NCBI GenBank assembly: GCA_964234715.1
Contig: OZ174277.1
DNA: 64,000 nt
Reading direction: 5' to 3' (one strand)
DNA from: Podarcis melisellensis
Taxonomy: Eukaryota
Part shown: one piece after another, positions 13,209-25,698 of the stretch
Position numbering within the stretch: the first letter of the stretch is position 1
How the letters are laid out: every line of letters starts with the position of its first letter
Translations under genes and position numbers: made by a program
The notes under the pieces: generated by a model
Database searches by the model: none
What the model was told of the DNA's origin: nothing
What the model saw: only the letters and a program-made list of their open reading frames with translations

Positions 13209-13894
13209 GTAAACTTGAATGTATTTCTTTCTGAGCACAGTTGTTTTGTTTGTTTCAACAGACAAAAAGCCTGGGTGGGGCTTAATCATTCAGCTGCTGA
13301 GATACAGAGGTTTTCAGGCATTTTGAGTCCATGGTTCCCTTGGCCAACTACATTCTTTCTGCGGCTCCCCTGTGGGGAAACACTCCCCAAGCCTCAGAAG
13401 CTCAGTTACGTCACCCCTTGCCTTCAGAGCTGTGAGTCCCTCGCCCGTTTTCGAACACCCTCCCTTTTGGAGTGTTCCCTCAGCCCGCTCTCTTCTTGGG
13501 AGTCCTCTGAGCAGCAGTAACCACCTTCCCTGGTCTTTGAGCTGTCCCACAGAGAGGTGCCTCACACCACCCAACAGGGGTCTGGGAAGAGGATTCCCCC
13601 AGCCTTAGCAGCCCAACGGAGACTGGCCCAAGGTGAATGTGAGACCAGCACCTTACCTTGGGAGACAGCAGTGGCAGCAGCGAGTGCCACTGGGCCTGCA
13701 CAGTGGAAAGGCTCTCCTTTGGCGCTGGGCACTCAGCTCCCAGGCAGGCATTGCACACAGCAAACACAAGAAAGGCCAGTGTAGCACCTGCCTACCTGCC
13801 CGGCCTCCCACTTGGCACTCTATTCCCAGAGCAAGGGCTGGCGGACTGTACTACATAAACAGCTAATTTAATTCAGAGCATGCTTTAGTTAAAG

Positions 13895-14050
13895 AACGTA
13901 AGAGCCAGTTGGATCAGGCCAGTGACCCATCTAGTCCAGCATCCTGTTCTCACAGTGGCCAACCAGATGTCTGTTTGAAACCTGCAAGCAGGAGCTGAGC
14001 ACAAGATCACTCTTCCCTTCTGAGGCTTCCAGCAACAGGTTCAGAAGCAT
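13895..14050 (-). mobile_element. CR1-related 3' end / SINE tail fragment
   Basis: ggatcaggccagtgacccatctagtccagcatcctgttctcacagtggccaaccagatg is typical of the reverse complement of squamate CR1-type tails. Confidence 0.55.
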
Positions 14051-14134
14051 TAGGTTAAACAAGAATGCAAAATAAAGGTGCACGATATAGTTACAATTAC
14101 AATTATTTTATTAATCCTACCATTCGTTTCCTAG

Positions 14135-14474
14135 GTTTTACATTGTGGGGATCTAAATATTCTTGGAATTGGAATGCTGTTGATGTTGGACCCAAACGGG
14201 ACATTGTGGCTGAATTAGCATCATCCATTAGAAATAGAACCGTCTTACACTTTGGACTCTATCACTCGCTCTTCGAATGGTTCAATCCTCTTTTCCGTGA
14301 CGATGCCTCTAGTGGGTTCCTAAAAAACCAGTTCCCAAGTGCCAAGTCACTCCCAGAGCTGTATGAGATTGTGAACAAGTACCACCCAGAGATTCTATGG
14401 TCAGATGGAGATGGGCATGCCCCAGACACTTATTGGAACAGCACTGGCTTCCTAGCTTGGCTTTATAATGACAG
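14135..14474 (+). CDS. FUCA2: FUCA2 exon 3 (catalytic nucleophile Asp in ILWSDGD)
   Basis: ctag|GT TTT ACA TTG TGG ... [11 protein letters not shown]|gtgtgt; 340 nt. Confidence 0.96.
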
Positions 14475-15786
14475 GTGTGTCCATTTCCCCACTCCCTGCC
14501 CTTGAAATAATGCATTCAATATTGATAATTGCAAGAAACTTGTTTCCCAACAGCTTTTTAATGGCATTTCATGCAACTCATTGCTCCGGGCTGATGCATT
14601 TACAAACAGGTTCTTAGGAGTAAGTCCCACTAAACTTACTTCTGAGTGAACATGTGCAGGATTTCACTGTTGATTAATCATTTCATGATAACAAATTCTA
14701 ATTTACTTACCTAAATAAGATATTGAGAGAGAATGGGGTACCTCATGCTAGTTCCTTGTGGTTTTGGAATGTGGCTGTCATTGCAGGTGCCTGTGATTTC
14801 TGACCTGTAGTTACACAGCTTAGGAGTCCTGGACAAGTGCAGTTTTTTCTTCAGTAGGTTAGTGACATTTATAACCCAGTGCCCTGACTTCATTTCAAAT
14901 ACTTGAAGACTTGATGATATTTGACCCAGTTCTGCTGGAAGCATTTGTCTAAACCAGCCTCATTCAACCTGATGGCCTTCAGATGTTATGGACTAAAGCC
15001 AGCCAGGGTGGTCACGAAGTATGGTAGGCTGAAACATCTGGAGGACACCAGTTCAGCAAAGGCTGAAGTAAACCAGCCTTCCTTAACCTTGAGCCCTCAG
15101 ATGTTCTTGGACAGCAGCCCACACAATCTGCAACAACTTGTGGAAACTCAAGGTTGGTGAGGACTGGTCTAAATGCAACTCCGTCTGACGCATTCTCCAC
15201 TGTTCTGATTTTCCACTGATTGTTCATATGTTGTTGGAAGTCACATTTCCAATGAGTTGCAGGAGGGATGTGTTTGCCCAGTGGCAGATGTAGAGGAAGG
15301 CCCCAAGTTGCTTAGAAAATGAATTGAAAATGTTGCTTAAGCATTTCAAGCAAAGTTCCAGTACCAAATACTAAAAAAAAAAAAAAGAGGATTGGCACTC
15401 TTAAAAAAAACTAGTGCAAAAGTTTTGGTGCTTGAAGTGGATTGGCTTTTTAAAGAAACTGGCATTTCTAAGTTAGAAAATACTCTTGAATACATGTAGA
15501 ATCCCCACAAGTGTAGCATGATAGAGCAGCAACGATGAGGTTGTGGTTTTGTATAGTATCCACAAGTGTTAGCTGTTTTTAAACATCCAGAAGTGCATAA
15601 TCACCTAGGTTAAAATATTTGATTTAGAAGAAAATGCACAGAGAGTGTACCACTGAATCAGTTGTTGTTTTTAAGTCCTACCTATTAGGAAGCATTCGAG
15701 AATAGTAAACTGCTTATATGGAATCTACTGAGCTTCCTGTTAAAATAAAGCACTGTATCTGAACAACATATTCTCCCCCTCCCCAG

Positions 15787-15997
15787 CCCTGTTCGGGACA
15801 TGGTTGTAACAAATGATCGCTGGGGAGCTGACTGCATTTGTAAACATGGAGGCTATTATACGTGTGCCGATCGTTACAACCCAGGACACCTTTTGACCCA
15901 TAAGTGGGAAAACTGTATGACGATAGACAAAAAATCCTGGGGATACCGGAGGAATGCACAGTTGAGTGACTACCTAACTACTGAAGAGCTTGTAAAG
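15787..15997 (+). CDS. FUCA2: FUCA2 exon 4
   Basis: ccccag|C CCT GTT CGG ... [20 protein letters not shown]|gtaaaa; 211 nt. Confidence 0.96.
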
Positions 15998-16629
15998 GTA
16001 AAACCAGATAAAGAATCTGGGGCTGTCAATTCTTGCATTCTTTCCTTGCCCTTCCTGGCAACCCTGAGTTCACTAGATGAAACAATGTTACTAATTGTAA
16101 CTTTCTTTAGAATAATTTAAAATGTTTTAGAATGTTTTTTTAAAAATTATTGCGGATCCTGGGCTCCTTTGGGAGGAAGGGTGGGATGGATAGATAAATA
16201 ATCGTGCAAGAGTTGTTTCTCATTTTAAAGGGCTAGCGGCCACAAAAATGGTACTAAGGAGCCCACTAATGAAACGCCCATGTTGATTCCTAGAAGGAGC
16301 ACTTCCAGTTGAACAGCTAGACAAGGGTTGGGGGACTTGTCTCCCTCTAGATGTTGTTGAACTACAGCTCCCATCAACCCTGGCAACCGGATGTGTTAGC
16401 TGGGGCTGATAGGATTTGGAGTCCAACATCATCTGAAGGGCCACAGTTTCCCCATCCATGAGTTAAACTCTCTTTGAACCTACAGGAAGGTACTGATAGT
16501 GTTGTAACAGAAGCATGAATTTAGGCTTAACAACTGATATAAATGTGCCATCTCAAACGCTGGGCAGCTATGTTGGAAATGCCAAACCCAGTGTGGCTTT
16601 TCATTGCTCCTCTCCCTATATAATTTCAG

Positions 16630-16820
16630 CAACTTGTAGAAACAGTATCATGTGGAGGAAATCTCTTGTTGAATATCGGGCCCACCCACGATGGCCGCAT
16701 TCCTGTTATTCTTGAGGAGCGCTTGAAGCAAATGGGGTCGTGGCTGGCCCTCAATGGGGAAGCCATTTTCAGCACTAAACCTTGGAGAGCTCAGAATGAC
16801 AGTGCCACACCAGGAGTATG
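16630..16820 (+). CDS. FUCA2: FUCA2 exon 5
   Basis: tttcag|[22 protein letters not shown]...[24 protein letters not shown]|gtaagt; 191 nt. Confidence 0.96.
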
Positions 16821-16863
16821 GTAAGTCCGTGAAGCAAAAATGCAGGAAGTACTGTACCAACGT

Positions 16864-17035
16864 TAAGTTTACTTTATCTGAAGTACTTTATCTGAAGGTA
16901 TCTGAAGTAGTGTGCATGCATACGAAAGCTCATACCAAGAACTAACTTAGTTGGTCTTTAAGGTGCTACTGGAAGGAATTTTTTTTGTTTTGACTATGGC
17001 AGACCAACACGGCTACCTATCTGTAAGTTTACTTT
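16864..17035 (+). mobile_element. Penelope-like retroelement remnant with hammerhead-like motif (core variant)
   Basis: 12-bp direct repeats TAAGTTTACTTT (16864-16875, 17024-17035); near-identical to the element at 48669-48881. Confidence 0.75.
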
Positions 17036-17387
17036 TGTTATTGTTCCACTATATTGGCTATATTTCACTTCCCCCTCATTTGACTCCCTTCACAAGCAAG
17101 GTATGATGCTACTGAATCAGGGAGAACTGAATCAGGACTGTGCTATTTGTGCAGTGAGACTTTTAACACTTTGCACTTGAGCCTTTGCTGCAGCTGCTGT
17201 TAACCCCAGGAAGAAAGTTCCATTGGTATCAATGGGAGCTCTCCTTCTGTTGAGAATAGCATTTAAGGAAGGGTGCAATCTAGAATGTAATTATGCAATG
17301 GGCGAGAGCAAATCCTCCCTCAAAATGCTGCTGTCTTGATCAGAACCACCCTCTTCCCCCATAGCTGCTATTTCATTAAAACTCCCC

Positions 17388-17399
17388 CGCGCGCGCACG

Positions 17400-17430
<31 letters not shown>

Positions 17431-17431
17431 A
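17388..17431. repeat. Compound (CG)n(CA)n microsatellite
   Basis: cgcgcgcgcacgcgcgcgcgcacacacaca... directly visible. Confidence 0.95.
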
Positions 17432-17681
17432 GTCAAACATTTTGACTAAGCTATCTAGTTTTGTCTTCCATATGATGTGTGGGATTACTATTTCTAAACT
17501 ATTGGTCCTTCTTCTCTAGAAAAAGAGGTGGTTAAAAATAACAACACACTTCTGAGGTGTGCAGTATTTGCATTGGTTACTAAACAGCTTTGCTGGCGAG
17601 GGTCCCAAATTGTTTGTAGGTTAGGTAGTTTCACCTGCAATCTTTAGAAAAAATGATTCTTCATTTGTTAACTCCTACTAG

Positions 17682-17790
17682 GTATACATTCAAGCCAAAA
17701 GAAGACATTCTGTATGCCATTTTCCTTAACTGGCCATCTTCAGGAACTCTGATGCTTGGGGAACCAAAAGGCGTTACCGGAAAGACAGAG
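17682..17790 (+). CDS. FUCA2: FUCA2 exon 6
   Basis: tactag|G TAT ACA TTC ... LYAIFLNWPSSGTLMLGEPKGVTGKTE|gtaaga; 109 nt. Confidence 0.95.
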
Positions 17791-17934
17791 GTAAGAAATA
17801 TTTGCCTATTTTTATGACTTCTGTACAATTTCTCTTGAAGAATTTCAGGACTAGAAAGAACATGAAATGCACTCCAACAAAGCAAGATCATCTGCATATA
17901 ACATCCCTAACAGATTAGTTTACAAGGCTAGTCA

Positions 17935-18460
17935 ATGTTGTTGTTTTGTGTTGTTTAGTCGTGTCCGACTTTTCATGACTCCATGGACCAGAGCACTCCA
18001 GGCACTTCTGGCTTCCACTGCCTCCTGCAGTTTGGTCAAATTCATGCTGGTAGCTTCGAGAACACTATCCAACCATCTCGTCCTCTGTCGTCCCCTTCTC
18101 ATTGTGCCCTCCATCTTTCCCAACATTAGGGTCTTTTCCAGGAAGTCTTCTCTTCTCATGAGGTGGCCAAAGTATTGGAGCTTCAGCTTCACGATCTGTC
18201 CTTCCAGTGAGCACTCAGGGCTGATTTCCTTAAGAATGGATAGGTTTGATCTTCTTGCAGTCCATGGGACTCTCAAGAGTCTCCTCCAGCACCATAATTC
18301 AAAAGCATCAATTCTTCGGCAATCAGCCTTCTTTATGGTCCAGCTTTCACTTCCATACATCACTACTGGGAAAACCATAGCTTTTACTATACTGACCTTT
18401 GTTGGCAAGGTGATGTCTCTACTTTTTAAGATGCTGTCAAGGTTTGTCATGTTGTTGTTT
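17935..18460 (-). mobile_element. BovB (RTE-clade) LINE, 5'-truncated 3' end, in FUCA2 intron 6
   Basis: Uninterrupted ORF MTNLDSILKSRDITLPTKV..VVMYGSESWTIKKA..IDAFELWCWRRLLRVPWTARRSN..LVHGVMKSRTRLN is the classic BovB RT C-terminus; (CAA)n-like tail; 12-bp TSD ATGTTGTTGTTT. Confidence 0.93.
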
Positions 18461-18589
18461 AACACCCATTAATTCCAGACTATGGCTATTCTCATCTGGA
18501 GAGAGAGAGACTTTTAAGCGCAAGATCTTAAGAGAGTCAGCATCTCTTTGAATGGTTTCTACCATTTAATAAAAGCTTTTCTGTTTCAG

Positions 18590-18730
18590 GTTAAGCTGAT
18601 TGGATATGAAGAACCATTGCCATGGGTTTCCATGGGGGAAAAGGGAATGATGGTAGTCGCACCTCAATTGCCATTCACTATATTTCCGTATCAGTGGGGC
18701 TGGACTCTGCAGCTGACTAACGTCTATTAG
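18590..18730 (+). CDS. FUCA2: FUCA2 exon 7 (terminal coding exon)
   Basis: tttcag|VKLIGYEEPLPW..PQLP..YQWGWTLQLTNVY TAG. Summed CDS is 1419 nt = 472 aa + stop. Confidence 0.95.
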   Translation, partial: VKLIGYEEPLPWVSMGEKGMMVVAPQLPFTIFPYQWGWTLQLTNVY

Positions 18731-20127
18731 CAACAGACATCCTTCACTTTTGGTTATTATGACTGATTCTTTTGTTGTTATTATTATTTCGGTGAACAAT
18801 CAGAGCTCACTCACCATAACTTACTTCTGAGGTGACAGGGGATATATATCTGAAACAGAAATACACTTACACCCCGCTTTCTATCCTGCAGCCACACAAG
18901 CAAGAGGGATTACTAGAGTTTAAGGACATAGACCAGTCAGGCAAAACCGCTCAAGATTTTGGGCCTTGGGAAGAGTCATATTGAGGCTCACAAAAGACAG
19001 ACTAAACAGAAAAGTTATTATGTGTCTTAAAAAGAAAAGTATTTTGGCTTTAAAAAGCAACCAGGGGCGGCGGGGGAGTCCACCATGCCTAATGTTAGAA
19101 TTGGTGCTCAAATAACCATGGACAAAAAGGGTTGAGGCACTCTAAAACTGAAATGTTGTACACTGCATTTGACTGTAAATCAAGTATGACAAACAATACA
19201 ATCCTACCATTGTCTATGCAACAGTCCTACTATGTTCGATGGAATATGCTCAAGTTAAGTGTTTAGGATTGTTTTCAGTAGGGATAAGTGGTAAGTTGCT
19301 GTGAATTTCAACTTCTTCCATTGGTTTCAGTAATATTTGATTCCATTTTGCTGGAGTTGGGTGCTAGAGTTTCCTCAGTCCTATAACCTACCTCAATATT
19401 ACCCCATCACACTTTCCTTGAATATAAAATTACATATTAGGACTTGGGTCATAGTTCTGATTAGTGAGAAATGGCCTACAATTATATACTTCTTAAATTT
19501 TGATACATGTATGTTCAGTTACTTAAGTATCAGACAGGTAAGATTCTAAAGCTATTGCCTCTTTGAGTATCTTGCAGTTTGTGACTTGAAAAAAAGAAAA
19601 TTATTGCTAATTTAAAAATTTGTGTAATTGTAATCTTCATGAAACACTTTAATAAAGCAGCTGAGGTTCTAGAAGGAGAAATCAATGTTGAAGCCCAGTT
19701 GCCTTGTTGATTTACAACCAAACTCATTTTTCTCTGTGTGAATGTACTGTACTGTATATTTGCTTTCGTTATGGGATGGACATGGTCTAGCTGCTCGGTC
19801 CCACTCCTTTGCCTCAAAAGAAGCTTGGTGGGAACTGTTTCCTGCTACAAAACCAGAGAAGGAAAAGGACAAGGACAAGAAATACAGCCTAAATAATCCT
19901 GGTTCTACTTGAATGCAATGTGATTACTGTATTTGACTGCATATTTTTTTTAGAAACTTTTAAGAAACTTTTGTAAGCTGCTAGGGGACCTTCTTACATA
20001 TATAAAGTAGAATCTAATAGAATAAATTTGCTACAGAAGTAGTAGGTATAGCTACAGCAAGACTACTAATATGTTTAATGCTTCCTTTTGTGCTGAAGTT
20101 ACAACTGATTTTTTTATATATACAAAA

Positions 20128-20133
20128 AATAAA
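20128..20133 (+). terminator. Candidate FUCA2 polyadenylation signal (others at ~19651, ~20021)
   Basis: Last + strand AATAAA before the oppositely oriented signal at 20241. Confidence 0.45.
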
Positions 20134-20240
20134 GCATTGCATCCATTCCCACACCCTACAGTTCAAAATTGCACAAATACATCACTGAACGGCGAGCTTA
20201 GGATGTAGCAAGTTACCACACACAATCTTTGTTAAAATAA

Positions 20241-20246
20241 TTTATT
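20241..20246 (-). terminator. Candidate PEX3 polyadenylation signal
   Basis: TTTATT on + (AATAAA on -) ~1 kb downstream of the PEX3 stop. Confidence 0.55.
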
Positions 20247-21228
20247 GTCAGATATTTAACAGATATTCCAATTAAAAATATTTACAAATGAATGTATACA
20301 GCAGGAGCCATTTACAAACAGCATAAACATATTTTCTAGGAACCATCTACTCTGAATCTGAAACAGTAGAGTAAGCACTCAGCATTGCGTTGTTCAGAAG
20401 ATAACCGTGTTCTAAATATATGTATTTGGGAACATCAGCCTAAAGCACAGAAGGCCACATACCCGACTCCTGTTCTCACATTCTTATAGACTCACTCAGG
20501 CTAGCAGGTAAGAAGTTGAAGAGACAGCTGGGAGTAAAGGAAGCTTGATTGCATCTCCCCTTTTCATAGTGGTAGACTGTATGATCAGCTTTTGAGTGAA
20601 ACCTCTCATGGCTTACAACTGCCATAGGGGAAGGGCACGTAGGACATGTTCTACCCTGCTTCACAGCTGATTGGTGCTGAGACGAGCTACTCCTGATCTT
20701 CCCCAGCCACCAAGAGAAGAGGTGCTGAGTACAGTGGGGGTGGTTCTCTCCCCCGCCCCTATTCTTAATGTGTTACCTGCTGCAGCCAATCTGTGAACTC
20801 ATTTCATAGGTCAACCACTGTCTCTGGGTTGAGGGGAGACTGGGGAAAGATAGCCACCTCCCCACTGGGTCAAGAGAGACAGAAGCCTGACATTGCCTGC
20901 ACACTTTTGAAGCCAGATGTACTTCTTATGGGGTGGGCAAAGGAGTTACTGTAGGCAGATTATTATTTTTTGCACTGTCTTTTGTAAACAAGTGATTTGT
21001 AACTGAGACTGCTTCAACACAAAGGCTTGCAGTGTAATGATACTTCCCCCTTAAATTTACTTACGTCTGGTGAGCTCTATCAGTATAAAACCTAGGTGTT
21101 GGATTTTCTCAAAAGACATTCTTTTTGCAGGGATTAATAATATTGTACCATTCTGAAGAGATTCATCATCAAATGAAGTATTCACAGGACTGGGCACTAC
21201 AGATCATATGTACATCCCGTTGTGCAGT

Positions 21229-21312
21229 TCATTTCTCTAGTTGTTGAGGGGTACTGAAAGCTTCATACACATTAGCAGCAAAATCTTTCACTTGTTCCAT
21301 CATTAGAAGGTC
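21229..21312 (-). CDS. PEX3: PEX3 exon 12 (terminal)
   Basis: ttctag|DLLMMEQVKDFAANVYEAFSTPQQLEK TGA. Summed CDS is 1122 nt = 373 aa + stop. Confidence 0.96.
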   Translation of the reverse strand, partial: DLLMMEQVKDFAANVYEAFSTPQQLEK

Positions 21313-21881
21313 CTAGAAAGAGAATGTCCATGTAGCAAATATAGCACTCTTTTTTAACACAAGCAGAAGTGTAATATCAACAAGTAACCCCCGTTAACAC
21401 TTCAAGCCTGGTTAACAGAATTGCTTGGCACGTTACTTCATGCACTGTTAGAGGCTGAGAAGTTCAAAACTGTTAAGATGGAATTGTTCTATCTTACATA
21501 TGTGGATCATCTACCGGGGACACTAAAATGGCTTTTGCCTCAGCCATAACAGGGAAGCCTAACCAAAAAGGGGGATGGATTCTATTTCTTCCACTCAGAA
21601 TAAAACGTGTCATCCTGGCAGTCTCACTTCCTGTGTTCATGCAGTGTAAAATGTGCATACCTGAACTCTACACATTTCTTCATATTTTGATTAATAAGAT
21701 GTGAGACATTATGACAGCAACAAGTCTAGTTTGCTGTTGGTACAGAGCTTAGTGCACTTTTAAAGGCTTAAAAATATACTAATGGCAACAATACAAAGCA
21801 GGCTGACAGGTCTACATTTTCATATTTTAGGTGTGAAATTATTTTAATTGGAATTCTCCCCATTTGCACTGTTTAATTTTA

Positions 21882-22136
<255 letters not shown>

Positions 22137-22416
22137 CTACTTTTGTAATACACAGATTCAGAAGAAGAAGAATAGTAAACACATAATACCTGCCCAGGGG
22201 AAAAGCTCAGCCAGGCTGGGGACTGACTGAGCCCCAGAAGCCAAAAAGGGCCCTTCACCATCCCATCCCATGCTACCACTCACGGCCTGTCAGTTTGGAG
22301 CAGGCAGCACACAACCCCTACCCAGTTGCACAGGCTCTCCAGCCTACACACACTCATTCAGCCACCTTCCCTGCCTGGCTCCTGGTCCAGATTAGACATT
22401 GAGGGTAGGTGGCATA

Positions 22417-22562
22417 GATTCATAAAATCTTAAAAGTTGGAAGGGACCCTGAGGATCATCTAGTCCAACTCCCTGCAATGCAGGAATATACAGCTGTCCC
22501 ATATGGGGATCAAACCTGCAACCTTGGCGTTATCAGCACCATGCTCTAACCAACTGAGCTAT
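22417..22562 (-). mobile_element. tRNA-Ile-derived SINE with CR1-type 3' tail (second copy)
   Basis: Minus strand ATAGCTCAGTTGGTTAGAGCATGGTGCTGATAACGCCAAGGTTGCAGGTTTGATCCCC plus GTTGGACTAGATGATCCTCAGGGTCCCTTCCAAC tail. Confidence 0.85.
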
Positions 22563-23190
22563 ATGGTGCTATATAGTAGCTGCATTTCTGAATGGGAGTC
22601 TCTTGGCTCCTATGTGTGGTGGTCACCTGACTGGCCAATGCATGTTGGTTTATTTGATGGCCGTCATGAAGATTCAGGGTGGGGGGGAGCAGAGTTTGTC
22701 TCCCACTTCCATTCAAAAGTGCCAGCACTGCACCTGATTACAAGGAAGCATTCTGCCTTCTTTTACTTCTCTTTTCAAAATGGCTGTCTCCCATAAGGAA
22801 GTTTGTGCAGTGTGTTTTTGGGGAAGTCGAGAGGAACTTTAAATAAAAAGAATTTGAAAAGAAAATTAACTTAGTGGAGTCTGAGTGAGTATTCAATCTT
22901 GCTAGACAGCAGACCTATCTTATTTTAAGACTAATTACTCATAATTAAACAAAGGGTTAACACATTTTGCTGGAAGAAGAGCACAGTCCAAACTATGTTG
23001 AGACATTGTTTTTGTTAAAAATTCAGCCTAAAACTGATCCATTTGGCAGGATTGCTGTGTGATCCTGGTAAAACCTCAACTATTTTTTTGAAAAACTGAT
23101 AATAGTGAAGTAGTAAGTAAAACTCTGACTATACTTAGATTCTTCTACATTGAAAAGCATTCATATTAAAACACGTTTAAAGATGTTTAC

Positions 23191-23313
23191 CTGTTCATGG
23201 AACTACTATGGCATAAGTCCTGTTCGGTGGGTCTGAAGAATTCTGCCATGTTGTCCAGTAATCGACTGAACCCTCTATTTAAGCATGAACTCAAAACTCT
23301 ATTGAAATCTGGA
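23191..23313 (-). CDS. PEX3: PEX3 exon 10
   Basis: ttccag|[43 protein letters not shown]|gtaaac. Confidence 0.96.
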
Positions 23314-23855
23314 CTGGAATAAATCAATCAAATAATAATAGATATATAAATCCCTCTCTACATGCCAACGTATTTTGGAAAACGTATTTAAAATGTAATT
23401 TAAATAAAACTGATCCTTTGCTGATGGGGATACGAGACTAGATCAAACATAACACTAAACTAGAAATGGGGAATTTCAGGCACCTCCAGGCCTTTCTGGC
23501 TGGGCCTGGAAGAATTTATTTGTTCTTCCTCTGCTCATCTTGCTCCAATTCACTCCCCACCCTCATCTCTATGAAGCAAAGTTTGCGTCTTTGCCAGTAA
23601 TTAAAATGAGTTTCAACCCCAAGTTTAGAGACAAGCTATATTTTCTCAGTTTGGATAAAACAGCAAACTGTGGTTTGCTCAAACAGGGACAAGGGAAGTG
23701 GAGGATCAAAGAATTTGAGAAAGGCTTTTTTTTAAAGATACTTTGTTATGCAAAATCACCCTCAATTTCTCCACTCTGTTAAAAAAACGAGTATCCTATT
23801 TTCCTTTCCTAAGTTTACTTAGCCTAAGTTACCAAAGATAACATTTGCTGCATAC

Positions 23856-23926
23856 CTGTCCAACATGTCTCTTGTCTCATTAAGTAATTTAATAGTAGCC
23901 ACATCTCCTTCTGTAAGTCCACTGGC
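23856..23926 (-). CDS. PEX3: PEX3 exon 9
   Basis: ttctag|ASGLTEGDVATIKLLNETRDMLD AG|gtatgc. Confidence 0.95.
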
Positions 23927-24157
23927 CTAGAAAGACAAACAACAGAGCATAAAAGCAAATGTACAGGATTAATTTATTTATGTTGAACCTTTTTTGTTCG
24001 TAAAGGTCTGGTTCTGGTTCAGATAGAAGCAAACTAAAATATTTGAGTTTCAAGTTTAAATTCTGCTACTTTTTTAAAAACCCAGAGCCAATCTCTGCCC
24101 CGCCCCCAACAACTTCAGGTTTGGTTTGGTTCCCTGCTCACAATACTATGAAAATAC

Positions 24158-24326
24158 CTGGGTAGCTAATGGATTCTCTTCATCTGGCATCATGTAATGA
24201 CACAGCAGAGACTGGGATCCAGTGTCTTCAGATGATGACCCATCTCCAGGTTGTTCTATCACCTTTCTAATTTCTTGTAGCTTCTGGTCCAAATCCAAGA
24301 GAGAAAGAGCATGTTTGAGAGAAACA
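24158..24326 (-). CDS. PEX3: PEX3 exon 8
   Basis: ctgcag|[22 protein letters not shown]...[17 protein letters not shown]|gtattt. Confidence 0.95.
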
Positions 24327-24433
24327 CTGCAGGGGGAAGGAGTTAAACATTATTTATCACATCAGTTGAATGCATCCCAATGAATTACTTAAAAAATACA
24401 CATGAAAACTTTTTTAAAAGCCAATTTTTTTAC

Positions 24434-24488
24434 CTCCCAAATGCATCCTGCACAGCTTTTTTAACCACAGTAATTAATTCAGTCAAAC
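24434..24488 (-). CDS. PEX3: PEX3 exon 7
   Basis: ccttag|GT LTELITVVKKAVQDAFG AG|gtaaaa. Confidence 0.95.
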
Positions 24489-24586
24489 CTAAGGCAGAAG
24501 AAAAACGTTACTGAAGACTAGCTACTCATTTGTTCAAACTCTGCAAATATTGGCACTACGTAGGAAGAGGTTTACAGATATCATAC

Positions 24587-24653
24587 CATCTCCTAGAAGG
24601 TGCTGAATGCTTGATAAATATTGCTGTTGGACTTCAGGGGGAGCTAGAGGTGT
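24587..24653 (-). CDS. PEX3: PEX3 exon 6
   Basis: ttatag|[23 protein letters not shown]|gtatga. Confidence 0.95.
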
Positions 24654-25386
24654 CTATAAGGAGAAAAACATTCTGTAATGTTTCTGTTACTTTATGGAAC
24701 AGTGTGTTTATCCTCCATGTGTCTGTACAACCAGTCAGGATGCAGAATTTCCCTCCCCGTGCCTTCTCTGTGCTCTCCTGCTGCTGGCATCACTCTCAAG
24801 ATACCCTGGATCTTAACAGCCTCAGCCATCTTTAAACACAGAACAACAGAGGACAGAACAATTCAAATCTCTCTTTTTTAAAAAGCCTTATAGATCCTCT
24901 CTCGTTATAAATAAGAGCTAACATTGGGAACAACCACACAAGCATGGAACACCAAATTTATTTCCTTTTTGCTGTGCTGTCAACTTATTCAACACCAACA
25001 AAACGGATGAACCCCCCCCATATGAGGGCCAGAGAGTTTACAAAAAAAGGAATTCAAGAAGCATCATCTCTGCTCTTTAGCATCATTCACTTTGTAAATC
25101 AGTCCAATCTTCTAATACTCATAAATTGAGAATATCCAGTCGTGCCTCATCTGCTAGCAGAATGGCCTTGCACATGTGCAACAGAATCTCTCATTCTTCT
25201 CCTCCCTCTGCATTTGGGAGGGTGCAGGGAGAGGAGAGGAAGGAGCAGTCCTGTCATGCAAGCAGAAAGTTCACTTGTGATGTTGGATTTCATCCTCGGC
25301 ATATAATTAACGTCAATTGGATTTCTGTAAGTATAATACTATGTACTTGATTCTACATATTATAGCCACCCTTACTGAATTTTTCA

Positions 25387-25698
<312 letters not shown>

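Noticed and set aside
17867-18472. 201-aa plus-strand ORF
   Set aside because: Antisense shadow of the BovB fragment.
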